From NCBI GenBank assembly GCA_943354835.1, contig CALRDH010000003.1:104496-168495 (forward strand): 64,000 nt of DNA, in the 5' to 3' direction. This document shows, piece by piece, positions 58,729 to 64,000 of the stretch (positions are counted from its first letter, which is position 1; each line of letters begins with the position of its first letter). Both the position numbers and the translations under genes were made by a program. The notes beneath the pieces were generated by a model. It made no database searches, had not been told where the DNA came from, and saw only the letters and a program-made list of their open reading frames with translations. Source of the stretch: a candidate division WWE3 bacterium (GTDB lineage: Bacteria; Patescibacteriota; WWE3; 2-01-FULL-39-13).

Positions 58729-60487
58729 TTTATTGATATACTCAAATTTCTTTGGTGATAACATCGGAAATATTATTAATGTTTCAAATGCAAACACACA
58801 TGTAGCGATTAATATTATTTTACTTTTTGTGGTATTACTAATTATCTTTTATTATCGCAAATTGCAAATTCTTAAAAAGAACTATCTAATTGGATTATCT
58901 CTTGTTTCGATTCTAATTCTCTCCCCTCTTCGCATTCGTTATTCTATGGAATGGCCGAATCATGCTAATTGGGCTTGGATTATTTTTTATTTTGCTTCCT
59001 TGTTGCCTTTCTTGAAAAATCCTGTTTCTTGCAAGTTTAGATATCCACTTTTGGCTGGAGCTTTCTTTTTTGTGGCATTAATAGAAAATGCATATCATGG
59101 AGTTGAGCTACTATTTATGTCAATTCCTATATTTCTTTTTTCGATTTATTTTCACAGCGCAGAGATATTCAAAAAAGAAGATCTACATAAAGTCTTAAAA
59201 AGATTTCTAGTATTTAGCATTATTGTTCTTTCCGCAATTTATTACCAATACTATCTATTTAGTAAACCAATTCAATATGGAAATAATGCTTTAACAACAG
59301 TCATCTCCTCTGCCACCCGCTCCCCTTCTGACCGCTTTGCTTTTTCTGCAAGACCATGGAATTATTTGATTCCGGATATTGATCATCCTGTTTTGGGTGA
59401 TTTAGCCGTACGTGCAAATTATTGGATCTGGCAACACCCTCCTTATTATTTAACTGAACCGTTTTTCCCGAAGGAACATACTTTATTTTTGGGCTATACA
59501 CTTATGGCTTTATCAATTTATACAATTTGGCAAACTTTTGTTAAAAAAAATATTACAGGAGACCAAAAATTTAATGTCACCTTCTTTTTGATTATTGCCG
59601 TTTCTGCTTTTATTTTCAGCATGCCACCATACATTGCCATAAATAATTTTAAAATCTACTTCCCTTCTCACTTTATATACGACTTCTTGCCTCAATTTAG
59701 AGCATACGCAAGATATGGCGTTTTCGTATTTATAGGAAATATAGTAATCGCAATGATCGGATTAAACTATTTGATTTCTAAATCATTCTTAAACAAACCA
59801 AAACAAAAACTTAAACAAAATTTGCTGATAATCGCGATCTCCGCACTCGCAATTTTTGAATTTATACCCGGAAAACATTTAATCTCTATCAAGCCAACTC
59901 CACCATACGAATGGCTTCGTGAACAAGGCACCATGCAACAAACACCAATTAAATATATAGAAATCCCGGAAAGGGCCGATTACACCGACCATCTATATAC
60001 ATACGATGCAAATATAGAAATAATAAACCCATACCTTGTAACAAGAGGCGATGCAAAACTTTTGGAAGACATAATATTAAAGCGTGAAAATTCTCAAGAA
60101 CAATTATTCTGCACTCTTTCTAACAAACTTGATGTCAAATACCTCTTCTATCACGAAAAGGAGTTAAATAGACAAAAGTATGTTAAAGAATTCATGGAAA
60201 CTGGAGTCGTTACACCTCAATTAAAAGTCGCCATGGCGGAAAGTTGGGGTTCACCAGTATTTGGAAATCATGTGCCTAAAACTGACGAAGATCTGGCAAA
60301 AGAACAAATTACTAAAAATATGAAAAACTTTTTATTAAACGATCCTAAACTAACTTTAATAAAAGAATATACAAATGATGAAATAATTCAAAGTAGACCA
60401 AACAAGAACTTCTCTGCTGATAAATTTGATGCCGTTACAATATTTGAAATCAATAGAGACTACTGCAGCTCACTTATTAACCCTTAA
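58718..60487 (+). CDS. GT-C-like (YfhO-related) multi-pass membrane protein
   Basis: SARPWNYLIP..HP, LFLG, FRAYARYG, EFIP, PYEWL. Confidence 0.6.
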   Translation: MMTDLLIYSNFFGDNIGNIINVSNANTHVAINIILLFVVLLIIFYYRKLQILKKNYLIGLSLVSILILSPLRIRYSMEWPNHANWAWIIFYFASLLPFLKNPVSCKFRYPLLAGAFFFVALIENAYHGVELLFMSIPIFLFSIYFHSAEIFKKEDLHKVLKRFLVFSIIVLSAIYYQYYLFSKPIQYGNNALTTVISSATRSPSDRFAFSARPWNYLIPDIDHPVLGDLAVRANYWIWQHPPYYLTEPFFPKEHTLFLGYTLMALSIYTIWQTFVKKNITGDQKFNVTFFLIIAVSAFIFSMPPYIAINNFKIYFPSHFIYDFLPQFRAYARYGVFVFIGNIVIAMIGLNYLISKSFLNKPKQKLKQNLLIIAISALAIFEFIPGKHLISIKPTPPYEWLREQGTMQQTPIKYIEIPERADYTDHLYTYDANIEIINPYLVTRGDAKLLEDIILKRENSQEQLFCTLSNKLDVKYLFYHEKELNRQKYVKEFMETGVVTPQLKVAMAESWGSPVFGNHVPKTDEDLAKEQITKNMKNFLLNDPKLTLIKEYTNDEIIQSRPNKNFSADKFDAVTIFEINRDYCSSLINP

Positions 60488-62577
60488 TCAAAAACCGACA
60501 TCATGTATTCGCCACTTATTAAGAAGTTTTTGCCGTGTTGGTAGCTTGGGCCGACTAAGGTTACCTTTTCAACCAGATTTTTCTTGCCTAGAATAATCAT
60601 CTTTGGAGCATTCATGATAAGCGTATCTCTGTCATTAAAAACATTAACATTACATGTTCTTAAGAAATACTCGCCATCTTTCTTCTCAAAAACATCGCAA
60701 TAAAAACCGACTAAAGGCAGATCAACACTTGAATCGATCCAAACTGAAGCATTTTCAAATAGCATACGATTTGAAGCAAGTTCTGAAAGGAATGCTAAAT
60801 CATAATTATGTGAATTGCTTTTATGATACAAATTTGCCGAAATTAAAGCCGAAGAAAAAGAAGCAACAAGAACTATAAAATAAACCAAAGCATTATTTAT
60901 TCCAACCTTAAATTTAATAAACTTAACGACAAAAGATAATATTACTAAAACAACAAAACACACAAACCATTTTGTTGAAATATAGACTCCGGGAACAAAT
61001 ACATTTATTAAATTTAAAACAATTGCGGTCGAAATTAAGGTCCTTTGACTTGTATTAAACTTCTTAAAAATTCCAAATAATAATATAGTGCTTCCAAAAT
61101 AAAATATTAATGAAAAAATTCTTCCCGTGAATGAAAAATTTCCAAAAATATATCTAAACAAATCAAATAGTACATAATTTTTTTCTGAATAAATTATTAA
61201 CATTTCATCATATGTAACGGGAGACATCATATAGAAAAGCGGTAATAAAAATGACAATCCAATAAACGAATAAATTAAAAAAGAATAAAACGAAGATAAA
61301 CTAAATGACGGCAGTTTTAAATCAATATTTTTGAAGTGATACGTTACATAAGCACATGCGATCACGACATAAATCCAAAAGAATTCAGATTTATAGGAAT
61401 ACATAACTCCGCCTACTAAAAATGAAATTATACCTGCAAAAAAACCAATTGAAATAAGATTCGGGGTCTTTGCCGAAACCGATCTATATAACATATAGAG
61501 AAGCAAAGCCCAAAACAAAATAAAACAAATTAATGAAAAAACACCGGTTTCGGCAAAGACCTCAAGCCATAAATTGTGAAGTGGCAATTTGTAACTTAAG
61601 GCCGCTTTATCTATATAGTAATATGCGTTTGCCCACTTTGATGTATGAAAGTAAGCATGAAATGAATTCGTTCCTATTCCAAACAAAAAGTTTTCAAGTC
61701 CAACATTAATTCCAACTTTCATCAAAAACAGATGTGAGAAAAATGAAACTGATCGATATAAAAACGACTGCCTAATTACATCCTGAAATAGATACAAAGT
61801 AACCAAAGGTAAAGTAACAAAAGCCGTTGCGATTCCAATCCAAGAAAAGGTTCCAATTTTAAATTTAATTTTTCTATAAATTCCTACATATATTGCCAAA
61901 AAAGATACGAGTCCAAACCCAAATCCTATGGTTGCACTTCTTGAGCTTGTAAAATAAAGTGAAATTAAAATTAAAACAATCAAAATAGAATCAATATATT
62001 TTTCTGCTTTCTTTTTACCAGATAATAAACTCGAAAGAACTACAAAAAATAAAGACGATAAATATGCTGCAAAATGATTTACATCCCAAAACACAGAACC
62101 ATATCTGGTTGGATATCCAGGTACAGGCCAAACTCCTCCAGTTGCAATACCTTTTGTTTCTTGCAAATACATTTGATAAATTAAAAACGCAAATACAAAT
62201 AAAAATGTGTATTTATAAATATCTATAAGTTTTTTTATACTTCCCTTCTGCTCATCAATGTAAAATTTAAACGTAGGATATGAAAACACAACGGCAACTT
62301 GAAACGCAATCATTCTAGCTGAATTCATAACATCTTTACTTTGAATTAAACTCAATACTTGAAAAAGTACAATTGTAAAAAGAAACACAAACAGTTTATC
62401 TTTCACTAAGTCCTTATAATTTTTTATAAAATAAAAAACTCCAAATAATGAAACCAAAACCAAAATAAATTTAGAGATTACTAAATCTGGATCAAAAATT
62501 GAAAACATTTCCTTATGCGTAAAGGGGATTGAGATTACTAACAAATAAATTAAATATTTAGAAATTTTATTTAACAT
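60484..62577 (-). CDS. O-antigen ligase/polymerase (Wzy_C) family protein with a C-terminal degenerate GT-C-like extension
   Basis: R..SVFWDVNHFA, TSSRSA, FGIG, LHNLWLEVFAETG; then YDE...IFG..GR..S hydrophobic extension. Confidence 0.78.
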   Translation of the reverse strand: MLNKISKYLIYLLVISIPFTHKEMFSIFDPDLVISKFILVLVSLFGVFYFIKNYKDLVKDKLFVFLFTIVLFQVLSLIQSKDVMNSARMIAFQVAVVFSYPTFKFYIDEQKGSIKKLIDIYKYTFLFVFAFLIYQMYLQETKGIATGGVWPVPGYPTRYGSVFWDVNHFAAYLSSLFFVVLSSLLSGKKKAEKYIDSILIVLILISLYFTSSRSATIGFGFGLVSFLAIYVGIYRKIKFKIGTFSWIGIATAFVTLPLVTLYLFQDVIRQSFLYRSVSFFSHLFLMKVGINVGLENFLFGIGTNSFHAYFHTSKWANAYYYIDKAALSYKLPLHNLWLEVFAETGVFSLICFILFWALLLYMLYRSVSAKTPNLISIGFFAGIISFLVGGVMYSYKSEFFWIYVVIACAYVTYHFKNIDLKLPSFSLSSFYSFLIYSFIGLSFLLPLFYMMSPVTYDEMLIIYSEKNYVLFDLFRYIFGNFSFTGRIFSLIFYFGSTILLFGIFKKFNTSQRTLISTAIVLNLINVFVPGVYISTKWFVCFVVLVILSFVVKFIKFKVGINNALVYFIVLVASFSSALISANLYHKSNSHNYDLAFLSELASNRMLFENASVWIDSSVDLPLVGFYCDVFEKKDGEYFLRTCNVNVFNDRDTLIMNAPKMIILGKKNLVEKVTLVGPSYQHGKNFLISGEYMMSVFD

Positions 62578-64000
62578 AAAGAGGATCTTCTATAGGGTCT
62601 GGCGGATACCCATAATTCGTAAGCTTTGACGATACATCAGCGATTTCTACTGTTACCTTATCAAACTCTATCCTTTCTAGAATTGTTAATTTTTCGCCCA
62701 ATATCAACTTATCAATAAATGTCATACGTCTTAACATTAGCGTTTCAAGTTGAGATCTCAATAACTCTACTCTAGAAACTGATTGTAGCAAAACCCAACC
62801 TCCAGACGTACCTTTAATATCTAAAACTAGTGGAGCCTTAATCGTGCCTCCATTATTTTGCAATTTATAATAGACCGAATCTGGAACCAAAAAGCTATAG
62901 TTTTCTAAAGGCCCGGCATCGTCTATCATTCTTAAAATAGTTGGCTCATCAACTGACTTAACAACATGATCGCTATAAAAATGCAACACAGGAGGTTCAA
63001 TTCTACTGAAATATAATTTTCGATCTGGATAGTCTTCAATTGGATAATTCCTATTATTTATATCTACCAATGCAACCTTATCTTTATTAAAATCCGGATA
63101 ATAAACTTTATCTCGGATAATTACTACATAGAAAATGGCAACTAAAGAAGCGCTAAATACCAGTAAAATTCTTAAATATTTATTATCAAACCTTATTTCA
63201 CTTCTTAAAAATGAATTAAGAATATATATAGATCTTTCTATAAAGCGTGCAGATAAAATGGCAATGAATGGATAGATAGGCATTATATACCACTGCAATT
63301 TATCTTTTGAAATTGAGAAGAAAATTAGAACAAAGAAAGTAGAAATCAGAAGAAGATAATACTGCCTTCTATCCTTATCAAAAAATGGAAGCAAAATCAA
63401 AGCACCAAAAAGTGGCAAAATCCAAATTCTAAATGAAGTCCTTATTACATCTAAAAACCACAAAACTGGTCTCTCGTGACCAAAACCCGAAAGTCCACGT
63501 CCAATCATGTGATCAATAAAATATGTATCCCAAAAATCATTTCCATACTTAATTAATGAATAAATGTGCCAAGGTCCAGCTATTAATAAAATCCCAGATC
63601 CCATAATTAAAAATGGTTTTATATAACTCTTAAAATTTTTAATATCTAAAATTAACAAATAAATGAAAATTATTGGCAGTGGTATAAAACCAATAATTCC
63701 CTTTGTCATAACAGCAAAGCCGACAAAAAGTCCTGTTATAAACCATTTCTTTGAATAAAAGAAATAAATTGACAACACTATAAAAAATGTAGCTGTAACA
63801 TCTAACATTCCATTTCGTGAATAGTACAAATAATGAGCGGTTGATAACAAAATTAACGATGCAGTAATACCTGTTAGTTTGTTGTAAAGCTTATTTCCAA
63901 GTTTGTACGTTGCGATAATTCCAAGTAAACCGAAAATTGCTGAAATTATTCTTGCACCAAATGAATTAAATCCTGTAAGTTTAAAAGCCAAAGCAGTTAA
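62567..64000 (-). CDS. ArnT/PMT-like (GT83/GT39) glycosyltransferase, 5' end outside the window
   Basis: GARIISA, SRNGMLD, MTKG, PWH, KLQWYIMPIYP. Confidence 0.85.
   Translation of the reverse strand, partial: LTALAFKLTGFNSFGARIISAIFGLLGIIATYKLGNKLYNKLTGITASLILLSTAHYLYYSRNGMLDVTATFFIVLSIYFFYSKKWFITGLFVGFAVMTKGIIGFIPLPIIFIYLLILDIKNFKSYIKPFLIMGSGILLIAGPWHIYSLIKYGNDFWDTYFIDHMIGRGLSGFGHERPVLWFLDVIRTSFRIWILPLFGALILLPFFDKDRRQYYLLLISTFFVLIFFSISKDKLQWYIMPIYPFIAILSARFIERSIYILNSFLRSEIRFDNKYLRILLVFSASLVAIFYVVIIRDKVYYPDFNKDKVALVDINNRNYPIEDYPDRKLYFSRIEPPVLHFYSDHVVKSVDEPTILRMIDDAGPLENYSFLVPDSVYYKLQNNGGTIKAPLVLDIKGTSGGWVLLQSVSRVELLRSQLETLMLRRMTFIDKLILGEKLTILERIEFDKVTVEIADVSSKLTNYGYPPDPIEDPLYVK

Noticed and set aside
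1805-60878. Numerous 60-145 aa ORFs antisense to or overlapping the main genes
   Set aside because: Shadow ORFs with no recognisable motifs, nested in well-supported genes.
1-64000. Alternative genetic code (TGA=Gly as in some CPR, or TAG reassigned)
   Set aside because: TGA and TAG end many full-length genes, including ATGA overlaps. Only one in-frame TAG was found.
1-64000. tRNA/rRNA genes, riboswitches (e.g. cobalamin, upstream of the radical SAM) and intrinsic terminators
   Set aside because: Intergenic gaps are very short and I could not recognise any such structure by eye; an Infernal/tRNAscan run would be needed to exclude them.

Overview
This AT-rich, gene-dense bacterial window uses the standard code (TGA, TAG and TAA all end genes). 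It looks like a Patescibacteria/CPR genome; this is an inference from the alpha2-type glyS, DUF4012, the reduced dcw cluster and apparently leaderless starts. From 1 to 5.5 kb is a reduced dcw cluster (mraZ-rsmH-ftsL-ftsI-[degenerate MurA-like]-ftsW) with three MraZ boxes upstream. From 5.6 to 11 kb, Bro-N and KilA-N genes are translationally coupled to a 1220-aa Gly-rich/Ig-repeat surface protein. From 11 to 13.7 kb are a NUDIX gene interrupted by TAG, glyS and recO. From 13.6 to 64 kb is a ~50-kb cell-surface glycosylation region: many GT2/GT4 enzymes, a flippase, about seven GT-C-fold membrane transferases, gmd/fcl/ColD-like genes and five methyltransferases. The two best candidates for an undescribed system are (1) two parallel ThDP-dependent two-subunit modules, a split transketolase and an E1alpha/beta pair without E2/E3, each followed by its own paralogous UXS-like SDR, suggesting two C2-branched sugars, and (2) a ferredoxin/HpnJ-like radical SAM/membrane hydrolase/GT2/AftB-like module. 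GC-rich palindromes and inverted repeats sit inside several CDSs, and three genes are interrupted. I saw no tRNA, rRNA, CRISPR array or transposase. All family calls come from motif recognition by eye, not from database searches.
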